From assembly GCA_023137185.1 (NCBI GenBank), contig JAGLPS010000006.1, positions 683 to 64,682 on the forward strand: a stretch of 64,000 bases of DNA, read 5' to 3'. This DNA comes from Minisyncoccota bacterium. Lineage in GTDB: Bacteria; Patescibacteriota; Minisyncoccia; Phycocordibacterales; JAGLPS01. Shown one piece after another: positions 27,891 through 37,624 of the stretch (positions within the stretch are counted from its first letter, which is position 1; each line of letters begins with the position of its first letter). Position numbers and translations under genes: made by a program. Below the pieces are notes generated by a model that was not told the DNA's origin, ran no database searches, and worked only from the letters and a program-made list of their open reading frames with translations.

Positions 27891-28946
27891 TTATTTCCCT
27901 CTTTGAGCTTCTGTTATCGCGCGATCAACCATAAATCGCACGGCTTCATTCATATGAAGATTTTCAATCTTTATAGATGGATGTTTTTTCTGAAAAACCC
28001 GATATATTTCATCCGCAAATGCCTGACCAACCATAGGAACATTTTCATAATCCAACGCAACAACCTTGAACTTTTCAAGACCGGAAAGAACACGCCGCGC
28101 TTGCGAGCGCGATATATGCACTCCCCCCGCAATATATAGACGTACATACACTTCAGTCTTATCAAAACCGTACTCACCACCAACACCCGTGTCAGTATAT
28201 TTACGAAAAATATCATTGAGATGATGCCTGTCGTCTATGTTGATACGAAATGTAACTTTTGTCCCCTGTTTTTGACCTTTAACTTTTTTTACAAATATAT
28301 CGTCTATTTTATTGTTTGCAATAAATTGGTACCCGTAACTATCGAGAATAAATTCATCACCAACTTTTGACGTAAAGAAAATACCTTCACCGGAATGAAG
28401 TTTTGGCTCAGTTGTCATCTTGCCCTTGAGAAGGTCTTGTATTGCTTCCATTTCCGATTTAAGATGTCGTTTTTTCATAATATTACGATATACTCCTACA
28501 CCAAAATCATCGACGGCAAACGACAACTCATCGTCATTTAATGAAACCGAAACATTAATTTTCTTTGAACCGGAGTGTTCAATTGCATTGTTCAGCATCT
28601 CAGAAAAAGCGTATGTAAAAATACTTTTTATATTTTCCGAAAATCGACTAAATGGAAGAAATCTGTGTTCTATGTCATCAAGAACGATATGTTCTTCAAG
28701 ACCTTTGTTAACAAGTTGTCTGGTATATATATTTGGAGTAACATCCGGATGCTCTTGAATGTATTCCACCGTCGCATACCTCGCCGAACGCGTTGAACCA
28801 AGTTTTATAAGCTTTTTTTCTTCAACAAGATTAGATATGAGCTTGTTCGCATATTGCCGAGAAACTCCAAAAGAACCCGCGATATTACGGCTTTTAATTA
28901 TCCCTTTTTCCTGCGCTATTTTAAGAATGTGTTCCGTGTTTATCAT
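27891..28946 (-). CDS. wHTH + HATPase_c + DUF4325 (STAS-like) protein
   Basis: N-terminal HTH (FGVSRQ), SEMLNNAIEHS, DDFGVG, HSGEGIFF, ISRSQARR, GQAFADEI. Confidence 0.85.
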   Translation of the reverse strand: MINTEHILKIAQEKGIIKSRNIAGSFGVSRQYANKLISNLVEEKKLIKLGSTRSARYATVEYIQEHPDVTPNIYTRQLVNKGLEEHIVLDDIEHRFLPFSRFSENIKSIFTYAFSEMLNNAIEHSGSKKINVSVSLNDDELSFAVDDFGVGVYRNIMKKRHLKSEMEAIQDLLKGKMTTEPKLHSGEGIFFTSKVGDEFILDSYGYQFIANNKIDDIFVKKVKGQKQGTKVTFRINIDDRHHLNDIFRKYTDTGVGGEYGFDKTEVYVRLYIAGGVHISRSQARRVLSGLEKFKVVALDYENVPMVGQAFADEIYRVFQKKHPSIKIENLHMNEAVRFMVDRAITEAQRGK

Positions 28947-28947
28947 A

Positions 28948-28997
28948 TGTAAACTGATTGTAAACAATCGGTTTACAATTGTCAACTAATTGTAAGC
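28948..28997. promoter_or_regulatory. Array of five TTGTAAAC-like operator boxes
   Basis: TGTAAAC 28948, TTGTAAAC 28958, GTTTACAA 28971, TTGTCAAC 28979, TTGTAAGC 28990, directly upstream of an HTH gene. Confidence 0.55.
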
Positions 28998-29005
28998 AAC
29001 TTCTG

Positions 29006-29194
29006 CTATGCAGTATACAACTGCCTCTCAATCTCCTCCGGCTTCGCCTGAATATCGCTCTTTCTTTTCAGGCATTTAACAAAAAACTTTTTGTTTTTCT
29101 CAAAAATCTTTTTTTCAACCCTGTCTATACTTTCCTCGGAAAAAGTCGTCAAATCATATTTCCCGCCTGATTTTATAAGTTGTGATAAATTCAT
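29006..29194 (-). pseudogene. Duplicated 5' fragment of hsdM, including its upstream leader
   Basis: 29022-29227 matches 26947-27152; MNLSQLIKSGGKYDLTTFS...KPEEI. Confidence 0.9.
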
Positions 29195-29238
29195 AATTTT
29201 TTGTTAAAAGTTTCGTAATAAATTTATATTGCCTATAA

Positions 29239-30678
29239 TCACATCAAAAGAAAATATTTTAATGGAATTTTCAACGCGTTTGCTTCTGCATTATATTCTA
29301 AAACATCAGTTCCTTCTGAAACAACAATGCCACAAGTCGCTTTTACTTTTTCTGCTGTCTGCGTTACCTGCTTATATTCCTTTTTATTCATTCCGACCTC
29401 AAGCACGATTTTGTTTTCTCCACTGCTTAATATAAAATCAGCCCCGCCTTTCGCGCTGTCATAAGTAAGAGAAAAAGACGGCTTTTTGTCGCACAAACGA
29501 TAAAGATACATTCCAATCAGATCTTCCAGAAGTTTTCCGCGCGCGTTTTGTTCCGTTATGACATTGCCAATTGTTTTGTAATACATCGCGCGAAATGCCG
29601 GCGAAGAAAAGAGATATTTTGACGGTTTTTGCGTTACCTGTTTAAAATGAGAGCCGTGCGGATATACGCGGTGTAAAATTTCCGTTTGTTCAAGGACGGA
29701 AAAAATTTCTGCTATTTTGGGACGAGAAATGCCGAATTTTTCTGCTAGTGTCGTAAAATTCAAAACATCCATATCCGCCACGGCATACAAAATCGCCGAA
29801 ATTCTTCCGATAATATCAGACGAAAGCCCTCGCATTTGCGGAATATCTTTATTGATTACTCGCTCAAGAGATTTATTTATTTGGTCATAAACCAAAGCTT
29901 CATTTTGAAGCGCAATCATAAACGGCAATGAACCGTAATGAAGATAATTTTCAAAATCTAACCGGCTGATGCCATGATAATACTCGTTTATTTTCTGTTC
30001 CGATTTTTTTAGCGCGTTAAATACTTCTCCGGCATTTCGTCCGCTAAGAATAATCTCTCTTAACTTTTGCGATAACCCCTTAATTTCGTATTTGTTTCTT
30101 TTGATTTTAATAAATTCCGTGAATGAAAGCGGATAAATTCTTTCATAAATGGCGCGTCTGGCAATGTCGGAATTGCTGTTTATAAGAGCGGCTGCCGATC
30201 CTGTTGAAAATATAAAGACATTATCCGCACGGTCGTAAATTGTTTTAAGAATCGCTCCCCATTTTTCGTCATACTGCACTTCGTCTAAAAACAAAAACAA
30301 AGGTTTATCCAAGTTTGTGATTGACCGACCGATTATTTCTTCGAAAATATTTATAACTTCATTAATATTACTTCCAAGAGTTTGCGTGATTTCATCAACA
30401 GAAAGAATTAAAAAGTACCCGTCAATATTTTTCTTGGCGTAATACAGCTGATACATAATTGTTGTCTTGCCGGCTCCGCGCAAACCGGTAAGTGCCACCC
30501 AGCGATAAGATTTATTGCCGCCGAGGAATTGGTCAAAATGAGACTGTATCCGTATAAAAATATTTCTGTTTGGCCTTTTTTTGTTTTGCGTGTCAAAAAC
30601 ATACGCCCGCCCGCGAAAATCGGCTTGAGCAATTTGGTCGTTTATAAATTCTTTGATTTTTTCTTTATTTACAGGCAT
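29239..30678 (-). CDS. AAA_14 ATPase with DUF4143-like C-terminal region
   Basis: GLRGAGKTT, FLDEVQY, STGS, YL.YGSLP, K.LF....R, G.LLED, ADF....LEV. Confidence 0.85.
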   Translation of the reverse strand: MPVNKEKIKEFINDQIAQADFRGRAYVFDTQNKKRPNRNIFIRIQSHFDQFLGGNKSYRWVALTGLRGAGKTTIMYQLYYAKKNIDGYFLILSVDEITQTLGSNINEVINIFEEIIGRSITNLDKPLFLFLDEVQYDEKWGAILKTIYDRADNVFIFSTGSAAALINSNSDIARRAIYERIYPLSFTEFIKIKRNKYEIKGLSQKLREIILSGRNAGEVFNALKKSEQKINEYYHGISRLDFENYLHYGSLPFMIALQNEALVYDQINKSLERVINKDIPQMRGLSSDIIGRISAILYAVADMDVLNFTTLAEKFGISRPKIAEIFSVLEQTEILHRVYPHGSHFKQVTQKPSKYLFSSPAFRAMYYKTIGNVITEQNARGKLLEDLIGMYLYRLCDKKPSFSLTYDSAKGGADFILSSGENKIVLEVGMNKKEYKQVTQTAEKVKATCGIVVSEGTDVLEYNAEANALKIPLKYFLLM

Positions 30679-30892
30679 TTTATTTATTTTTCTGTCTTTT
30701 TTAGTGCTAAGTATAGCTTACACTAAACCCTATTTCAGTGTCAAGTCTATTTTACACTAATTTTTAATTCCATTTTTCCCCTTTGTTTAAGCCGTTTTTA
30801 TGGCAATTTTGTAGATTAAGATTCATTGATTTTAGTATTGCTTTACTACAATAATCAGTATCTAAAATTTCCGTTATCTAGTCAAACACCCC

Positions 30893-30980
30893 CCAAGCCG
30901 CCCCCTAGGGGGCGGCTTTGGGTTTTTTGCAAGGCCATGAGCTTGTTGAATGGCTCCCCTCTTGGACAAGTTCAGAACTT
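30893..30980 (+). repeat. Hairpin plus att-like direct repeat (second copy 32815-32907)
   Basis: AAGCCGCCCC..GGGGCGGCTTTGGG...TTTTTGCAAGGCCATGAGCTTGT.GAATGGCTCCCC...GTTCAGAACT in both copies. Confidence 0.85.
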
Positions 30981-31112
30981 CAGAATTTTTCAAGGTTTCT
31001 TTTAAGGTCAAACCTTGAAGTTGTTGAAGATAGCTATTCCGCCTAATCAATGATATATCTAATATAGTTAGTACCTTGAAGTCCTTAATTGAAAAAACTA
31101 AAGGAGGTAAAA

Positions 31113-32651
31113 ATGAAACTAAAACTGTCAGACGGCAACACTTGGCCGCTTGCGCGTTTTATCGCGCCTGTCTATCCAGAAGTCAATATCTTTACTGGAA
31201 GCAGAATCACTCCACTTGGGTTAGTAAATATCGCCACAGCCGCAAGCAAAATTTGGGGCTGGAGAATAGAAATCATTGATGAAAACAATTATCGCGGACC
31301 ATGCGATAAAAAAGGCTTGCCAGACCACGAAAAACTACAAAAAGAAAACCCTGCATCAATAGTTAGTTTCTACTGTGGACTTACTTCCACAATGGATCGA
31401 GTTTTCGCACTATCCAAGTTTTATCGTAAACAAGGCGCGTTTAATATCGCCGGTGGATGGCACGTTCATTTTTGCCCAGATGAAGCTTTGAACAATGACT
31501 TTGATGTAGTTGTTCACGGCGAAGGGGAAATGGTTGTTCGCGACATTCTCAAAGTTTTAAAAAGCGGAAATAACCTCTCCAATATTCCTGGAATTTCTTT
31601 CTGGGATAATGGGATGCAAAAAACTAATCCTCCAACAAGGCTTGAACTGCAGAATCTAAGTGATTTACCTTATCCAGACTTCGGCATAATACGGTACGCA
31701 CGAAAGATTAAAGTTTATCCGATTGGCCGCGTTCGTGGCTGCGGAATGAACTGTGAGTTTTGCAGCGTTAAAGGGAAACCCCGCTGGGCGGACACTGCTT
31801 ATGTCTTCAATGTTGTGAAGTGGCTAGTTGATACGAGAAGGGCGCGACGCTTTTTTATTGTTGATGACCGACTTGAAGAAAATCGCGAGGGCATCCTTTC
31901 CTTTTTCAAAATGATTAGCGACAAATACAACAGTAGATTGGAATTCACAGTCCAAATCAGATTGGAAACAGCGAAAGATACCGAGCTTTTGGAATCAATG
32001 AGAAAGGCTGGTGTTAGAGTAGTATGCGTTGGCTATGAATCACCGATTGCCGAAGATCTAAAAGCTATGCATAAAGGGTTGTCAACCAAAAAAATGGTTG
32101 AGTGGACATTAATCCTACGCCGTTACTTCTGGGTGCACGGAATGTTCATTTTCGGATACCCAAACAAGGAGTCTTCAACGCTTAGTGTTCTTGAAATGGT
32201 AAAGCGCTATAAGACATTCATTCACACGGCAAAAATCAGCAGTATTCAAATCCTTCACCCAGTACCGCTTGTAGGAACAGAGCTTAGAGCAAGACTGAAA
32301 AAAACCGGCAGAATCTTCCCTCTAAATCTGGTGCCGTGGAGCAAGTACGACGGCAACTATGCCTGCTTTCCGCCAGACAATATGAGTCTGTCGGAACTCC
32401 AAGACACACCTATTAAGTTGATGAATTGGTTTTACAGTAAGTGGAGTTTTTGGAGAATTCCATACAGGACTCTGATTTTCCCGATCCATTATCTCATCAC
32501 TGGCTGGCATCACTGGTATGATAGTTGGTTAAGAGATATTGTGAAATACGGAGGTCGTCGCATCCTCACTAAATGGTTGAGAAAACACAAGAGAGATGAT
32601 TTTGTTCCAAAGTTGAAGGATTATGCTAAAAACCAGTTGAATATTCAATAG
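31113..32651 (+). CDS. B12-binding domain radical SAM protein
   Basis: GGAGG RBS; PLGL, GG.H, V.GEGE, RGCGMNCEFC (CxxxCxxC), VGYES. Confidence 0.9.
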   Translation: MKLKLSDGNTWPLARFIAPVYPEVNIFTGSRITPLGLVNIATAASKIWGWRIEIIDENNYRGPCDKKGLPDHEKLQKENPASIVSFYCGLTSTMDRVFALSKFYRKQGAFNIAGGWHVHFCPDEALNNDFDVVVHGEGEMVVRDILKVLKSGNNLSNIPGISFWDNGMQKTNPPTRLELQNLSDLPYPDFGIIRYARKIKVYPIGRVRGCGMNCEFCSVKGKPRWADTAYVFNVVKWLVDTRRARRFFIVDDRLEENREGILSFFKMISDKYNSRLEFTVQIRLETAKDTELLESMRKAGVRVVCVGYESPIAEDLKAMHKGLSTKKMVEWTLILRRYFWVHGMFIFGYPNKESSTLSVLEMVKRYKTFIHTAKISSIQILHPVPLVGTELRARLKKTGRIFPLNLVPWSKYDGNYACFPPDNMSLSELQDTPIKLMNWFYSKWSFWRIPYRTLIFPIHYLITGWHHWYDSWLRDIVKYGGRRILTKWLRKHKRDDFVPKLKDYAKNQLNIQ

Positions 32652-32671
32652 GACTTTTTTAATTTGTGTTT

Positions 32672-32707
32672 AAAAGCCGTCCCGAGCTTTATCGAGGGAC
32701 GGCTTTT
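32672..32707 (+). terminator. Intrinsic terminator
   Basis: AAAAGCCGTCCC/GGGACGGCTTTT stem. Confidence 0.7.
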
Positions 32708-33141
32708 ATTTTTTCTTTATATGAAAAAGCGCGTTATGCAACAAACGCCGAACATACAATTTGGCTCCGCAATCAAAACATCAACAAACTTTTGAAATTA
32801 TTTTGCCGAACCCCAAAGCCGCCCCTTAAGGGGCGGCTTTGGGGAATTTGTTTTTGCAAGGCCATGAGCTTGTCGAATGGCTCCCCCAACTGGATGCGTT
32901 CAGAACTCTGGATTGGGTAGAAATAAAGAACGATTTACAGTTTAGCAATATATTAGACCTATCCCCCAAACTAGCATTTCAACACTAATTTTTATTTTTC
33001 AACAACTCATCAATATCGTAACCTATGTATTTTCTTTTACTTACAGAGCTTAGTCCCAAAAGCTTTAGTGTTTCAACTTTCAGTTTATATCCACTCCACT
33101 CACCGAATTTTTTTATTATTTTATGATATTATAAAAAATAA

Positions 33142-33688
33142 ATGAGTCGTACTCAACCAATTAATAACCACAAAAAACGATAAACAATTCAAAATTTACA
33201 CCCAAAACTATTATAGTAATTTTAATTATTGTGATTGCTGTTGTGTTTCTAGGTATTAAACTTTTTAAAACATCTGAGACCACTGATTGGGAAACCTCTA
33301 CGCAAATGATAAATTTGAGCTTGGATACCCCCAAGACTTTACCATCACCATGGAAAGTAGCGCCGGATTCCGCGCCTGTTCTTCTGATAGTAATACTTGT
33401 GTAGAGATTAGTCCCATGGACTCCCAGTGGAATTCATTTGACGACATGGTAAAAGAATGGAAAGAAACAAACCCCGAAACAGCTGATGACACAAAAGTTT
33501 TTAGAGTTTCTAGAAAAGAAGCTTTTTCTATCAAACAAGCTGAAGGAAATGATGTTGTCATAAACACCATTATAAATTCTTCTCACCCAGACATGGTTTT
33601 TATCACAATAACTAAACAAGGTGATAGCGAAATAGATTTAGATAATTTTAACAAACAAGTACTTTCTACTTTCAAGGCTGTAAAATAG
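33142..33688 (+). pseudogene. Frameshifted membrane-anchored (PsbP-like?) protein
   Basis: The TM segment TIIVILIIVIAVVFLGIK...ETTDW, the downstream LYANDKFELGYP domain and the upstream ATG lie in three different frames. Confidence 0.45.
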
Positions 33689-33823
33689 ATTACTTTTCGT
33701 AAACTAACGAAGGTGCTCACATTTATTGCCACAACCCTTTTGGCAAGACGTGTATTCTTCTTTTAATCCACAGCCACTGTCCCAAATAACTAACTAACTA
33801 TTAACACTAAGTGTTGATAGTTG

Positions 33824-33850
33824 AAAAAGCCCCCCTAGGGGGGCTTTTTT
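33824..33850. terminator. Bidirectional terminator
   Basis: AAAAAGCCCCCCTAGGGGGGCTTTTT between convergent genes. Confidence 0.75.
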
Positions 33851-33852
33851 TA

Positions 33853-35148
33853 TTACTTAATCCGGCCTATGAAGCTCTTAAGAATTGACATGTGCTGACC
33901 TGGAATCTCTCCACCAGTACAAGCTTCTGCTGGATTAGCATCATTCGTTGTCTCCACAATAAACTGATGTCCACCATAAAAAAATCTACTTCCAATAATT
34001 ACCTTCCCATAAGGACCCGATGAGCAATCCTCGCTACATTCAACTCGCTGCTTAAAGTAAAGAGTATTTTGACAAACCTTAATATCATTTATAGTTGAGC
34101 TATATCGTGTCTTTTTAATAACAGATCTACTTCCCACATAATAATCCACACATCCATCACTTTCATTCCAGTCATTTAATCCGAACGGTATCATCTCTAA
34201 AATTTTAATTTCGGTAGAAATTACTCTCTTACTGTCAGTTTCATATCCTGAAGCACCTTTGCATCTACCTTCAACAACCTCATTAACAGCATCCCATCCT
34301 GTTTCCAACTTCATAATTCCAGCACCAGTTCCACCACTATTTTTATAATCAGACAAAACTGCTTTTATCACTCCGCGATAACCTCCTTGGGATGCTACTG
34401 AAGGCTGTTTCGGAGTTTGCGTTTGTGTTTTCGCCTGTACTGGTGGTTCGTCAGGTTCTTCAAGTTCTTTCTGTACTTCTTGGTTTTTTAAAGCTTCCAA
34501 TCTATCAAGCCTTCTTTGTTCTGCCCTGGCTTTTAATTGCTCCCGATATGCATTAGCTTGTTCTTGTCTAGCAATCAAAGCGTCAATTTCACTACCAGCA
34601 TCTTTTAGTTCTCCTCTCATTCGAGCAATCTCATCAATCTCAGCTTTGTGTCTGGCAAGTTCAAATAAATCTACATTATCTCTAGACCCCTTCAGCATCT
34701 CCCAAAATTTCAAGTCTGATTCAGACATACCATCACCCGAAGCCGCGCCTACAACATTGTCTTTTACTCCAAGAATGTTCATGACATGCCCGATGCCTTC
34801 TCCAATCTTACCAGCAGTTCCAAGCACTGTTCCCAAAGAAAGACCCACTCCTTCTTTCAAAAGATCTGATGAATAGGACCGCAGACCTTCTCTTTCAATA
34901 TCTTTTGACACTTGAAGTAATCTTAATGACTCTTGCACAGCAAGATCTCCTGATTTGCCTAAATTTGGAGCTTGTTTTGTGAGATACTGAACTTGTTCTT
35001 GAATCCCGTCAACTATTCTATTTGTCTGAACTTTGTCATATATAACTTCTCCTCCTTTAGCAACAGAAAGTGCGAGTGCAAGCCAGCTAATTGCCAACAA
35101 AGTTCCCGCCACAACCGCTCCACTTTGATTAGATTTGTTTCTTTTCAT
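33853..35148 (-). CDS. Hypothetical secreted/membrane-anchored protein with coiled coil and Cys-containing C-terminal domain
   Basis: Hydrophobic N-terminal helix, long coiled-coil region, P/Q/T linker. Confidence 0.7.
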   Translation of the reverse strand: MKRNKSNQSGAVVAGTLLAISWLALALSVAKGGEVIYDKVQTNRIVDGIQEQVQYLTKQAPNLGKSGDLAVQESLRLLQVSKDIEREGLRSYSSDLLKEGVGLSLGTVLGTAGKIGEGIGHVMNILGVKDNVVGAASGDGMSESDLKFWEMLKGSRDNVDLFELARHKAEIDEIARMRGELKDAGSEIDALIARQEQANAYREQLKARAEQRRLDRLEALKNQEVQKELEEPDEPPVQAKTQTQTPKQPSVASQGGYRGVIKAVLSDYKNSGGTGAGIMKLETGWDAVNEVVEGRCKGASGYETDSKRVISTEIKILEMIPFGLNDWNESDGCVDYYVGSRSVIKKTRYSSTINDIKVCQNTLYFKQRVECSEDCSSGPYGKVIIGSRFFYGGHQFIVETTNDANPAEACTGGEIPGQHMSILKSFIGRIK

Positions 35149-35150
35149 AT

Positions 35151-35678
35151 TTATTGAACTTTTATTGGAAAGGTTTGTATATATATAACTTCATCGCCTT
35201 CTACGGCAACTTTTATTTGCTCGTTGAAATCATAGACTTTGGCATTTTCCATGAGAAGTTCCGGTACAGAAACAACTGTACTTGGATCCGCTCCAATTAC
35301 TTTTTTAACTTGTTCAAAAGTCATTCCTTCTTTAAATTTATCTGGAGAAATTGGAAAAGGATCGGCTTCGTCAATAAATGAGATGTCCTGATCATTGGAA
35401 AATTCACCATCTATAAAAGAGAAAGACCGTCCATGTCTCTCATAACTCAATGCCTCATATCTTGCTGTTTTGTATTCTTCATCAACAATCATCTCTCCGA
35501 AGACAATGGTGTAACTCGTAGGGTTACCAAAATCTTTAATCAACACATCTGTGTCGTTAGAAAAAAGAAAAGATAAGAAATAAGAAGACCAGTTAAATGT
35601 CATGTAGACAAGCAATGCCAGTAAAAAAAGCTTCCATTTTTTCGTTTCTTTTATTTTGTTTAAAATATACATAAGCAA
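35151..35678 (-). CDS. Hypothetical membrane-anchored protein
   Basis: N-terminal TM helix; K.GMTFEQVKKVIG.P (SmpA/OmlA-like motif). Confidence 0.65.
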   Translation of the reverse strand: MLMYILNKIKETKKWKLFLLALLVYMTFNWSSYFLSFLFSNDTDVLIKDFGNPTSYTIVFGEMIVDEEYKTARYEALSYERHGRSFSFIDGEFSNDQDISFIDEADPFPISPDKFKEGMTFEQVKKVIGADPSTVVSVPELLMENAKVYDFNEQIKVAVEGDEVIYIQTFPIKVQ

Positions 35679-35796
35679 ATCAAAATTAACTTATTAAAAC
35701 TACTAATATTATACCAAAACTTAAGAGGTTCGAACACGAGGAAAAGTCCTGTTCGGGGTAAAACAAAATACCGCTAGTTATAGCGATATTTTAGGT

Positions 35797-35836
35797 TGGC
35801 TCCCCCAACTGGATGAGTTCAGAACTTTGGATTGGG
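35797..35836 (+). repeat. att-like site TGGCTCCCCCAACTGGATG.GTTCAGAACT.TGGATTGGG (copy at 32878-32917)
   Basis: About 38 of 40 nt identical to 32878-32917; starts with the reverse complement of the tRNA-Asn 3' end. Confidence 0.8.
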
Positions 35837-35929
35837 GGAAGATAAAATTGGAAATGAGGAGATTAGATTTTGTTTTATCAAACCTGTTTTGAGCAAACTC
35901 TTCTTGTAACAAACTCGCAACATACAATT

Positions 35930-35950
35930 TGGCTCCCCCGGTAGGATTCG
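35930..35950 (-). repeat. Duplicated tRNA-Asn 3' end including CCA (att site)
   Basis: CGAATCCTACCGGGGGAGCCA matches the tRNA T-arm and acceptor end. Confidence 0.88.
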
Positions 35951-36096
35951 GCTACAAGTTTTTGCTCGCCGTCGCTCGCAAAACTTTCAGCCCACCCCTC
36001 GCGGTTTTGTCTGCTGACAAAACATCGCTGCGGTCTTCAAATCTTCCCCGCGCGCAAAGTAGTTTGCGCGCTCGGACTCGCACTCGCAGACTCGTG

Positions 36097-36168
36097 CTCC
36101 CCCGGTAGGATTCGAACCTACGACCAATCGCTTAACAGGCGAGTGCTCTACCACTGAGCTACAGGGGA
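36097..36168 (-). tRNA. tRNA-Asn(GTT), CCA not encoded
   Basis: Cloverleaf with TCCCCTG/CGGGGGA acceptor stem, AGTGGTAGAGC D-arm, CTGTTAA anticodon loop and GGTTCGAATCC T-arm. Confidence 0.95.
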
Positions 36169-36412
36169 ATGTATTTTTTACAAACACATTTATCCAAAAA
36201 TGTCCTACCTACAAACAAGCAAGCAAACAGGCAAGTTGGATAATAACGATATATTAGCAAAAAATAGTTTATCCGCAATCTTTACTCCTAAACTCCCCTC
36301 TCCCAACAAAGCAAAATGTGTTAATAAAACAGATCACTCTGCCAATACCCCGCGGCGAAGCCGCGGGGTATTTCGGCCACCCAATAATCTAGAAATTTGT
36401 CCAGAGGAACCT

Positions 36413-37624
36413 TTACTGTGTTGCCGCGTACGCGTTTACCAAGCCCCATCCAAAGAGATTGTCAAAACCGCTCGCGCCCAAATCAGTAGCGGTGTCTTGA
36501 AGTTTGTTTTTTACTTCCTCGGGATCCCACTTAGAGTTTCCATTTGTGTCATAAGCACCCGGGGCAGTCTCCAAAACAAGAGCGGCGGCGCCCGCAACAT
36601 GCGGAGCTGCCATAGATGTGCCACTTAACGTTTTGTACCCCTTTCTTTTATAGGTGGAGTAGATACTTACACCGGGCGCGGCAATATCAATTTCGGGTCC
36701 GCGGGAAGAAAATGAGGCAATGTTGTTGTTTGAGTCTGTTGCTGAAACAGCTATCGCTTCGGAATAAGCGGCAGGATAAAGAACTGCTCCTCCCGAATTT
36801 CCAGCCGCAGCCACAACGACAATTCCGGCATCATACGCGCGGATAACGGCATCGTGGAAAGACTGCACGTTTGACCCCGTGCCAAGACTCATATTTATTA
36901 CGTCAAGATTGCTGTTGATGGCAAAATCTATACCCTCAATGATGTCAGAGAGATATCCAGAACCGCGCGAGTTAAGCACTTTGATAGCGTAAAGGTCAAT
37001 ATCCGGACCTACACCAACAACACCGATATTATTTTGCAAAGCGGCAATGGTGCCCGCGACGTGAGATCCGTGCCCGTTGTCATCTTCAGCGCTTTTTCTC
37101 GTCCTGATGGCGTTGTATTGCCCCTTTATATTTTCTTTAAGGTCAGGATGATAAAGATTTATACCAGTATCAATAACACCCACTTTGATAGGATTTCCTG
37201 TATTGCCTTCTGGCCAGACAAGCTCGGCGTCAACACGGTCAATTCCCCACGGCAGTATTTGTGATTGAACAGGAGCAGATGGAAGGATAGGCCTTCTGCG
37301 GGTATATCGTTCTAATTGAGAAGGAAGGTCAAGCGCGTAGACAATAACATCATCGTCTATTCGTTTGACACGGATGTCTCTTTCAAGTGTCCGTAGTTCC
37401 GCGGATGTTAAATTCTCCACAACGTCTGCTTGAAAAACACCTCGCAACCGCTTTATCCTATTTGACCGCAAGGTCTCGCTTAATGCCTCGCGTTCCGCGA
37501 CAGACACGCTTTCAGTGTAAACAATGATTTTTCTTCCCGACTCATACGAAGCGGAAGAAATAATCGGTAAAAGCCCGACAGAAACAAGGGCGATAACAAA
37601 AAGTGAAAGATAATTTATTTTCAT
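36413..37624 (-). CDS. Secreted subtilisin-like S8 serine protease
   Basis: Signal peptide, propeptide, IDTGI, HGSHVAGTI, AAAGNSG, SGTSMAAPHVAG. Confidence 0.95.
   Translation of the reverse strand: MKINYLSLFVIALVSVGLLPIISSASYESGRKIIVYTESVSVAEREALSETLRSNRIKRLRGVFQADVVENLTSAELRTLERDIRVKRIDDDVIVYALDLPSQLERYTRRRPILPSAPVQSQILPWGIDRVDAELVWPEGNTGNPIKVGVIDTGINLYHPDLKENIKGQYNAIRTRKSAEDDNGHGSHVAGTIAALQNNIGVVGVGPDIDLYAIKVLNSRGSGYLSDIIEGIDFAINSNLDVINMSLGTGSNVQSFHDAVIRAYDAGIVVVAAAGNSGGAVLYPAAYSEAIAVSATDSNNNIASFSSRGPEIDIAAPGVSIYSTYKRKGYKTLSGTSMAAPHVAGAAALVLETAPGAYDTNGNSKWDPEEVKNKLQDTATDLGASGFDNLFGWGLVNAYAATQ

Noticed and set aside
35987-36187. 66-aa ORF
   Set aside because: It overlaps tRNA-Asn on the same strand and is a spurious read-through of the tRNA.
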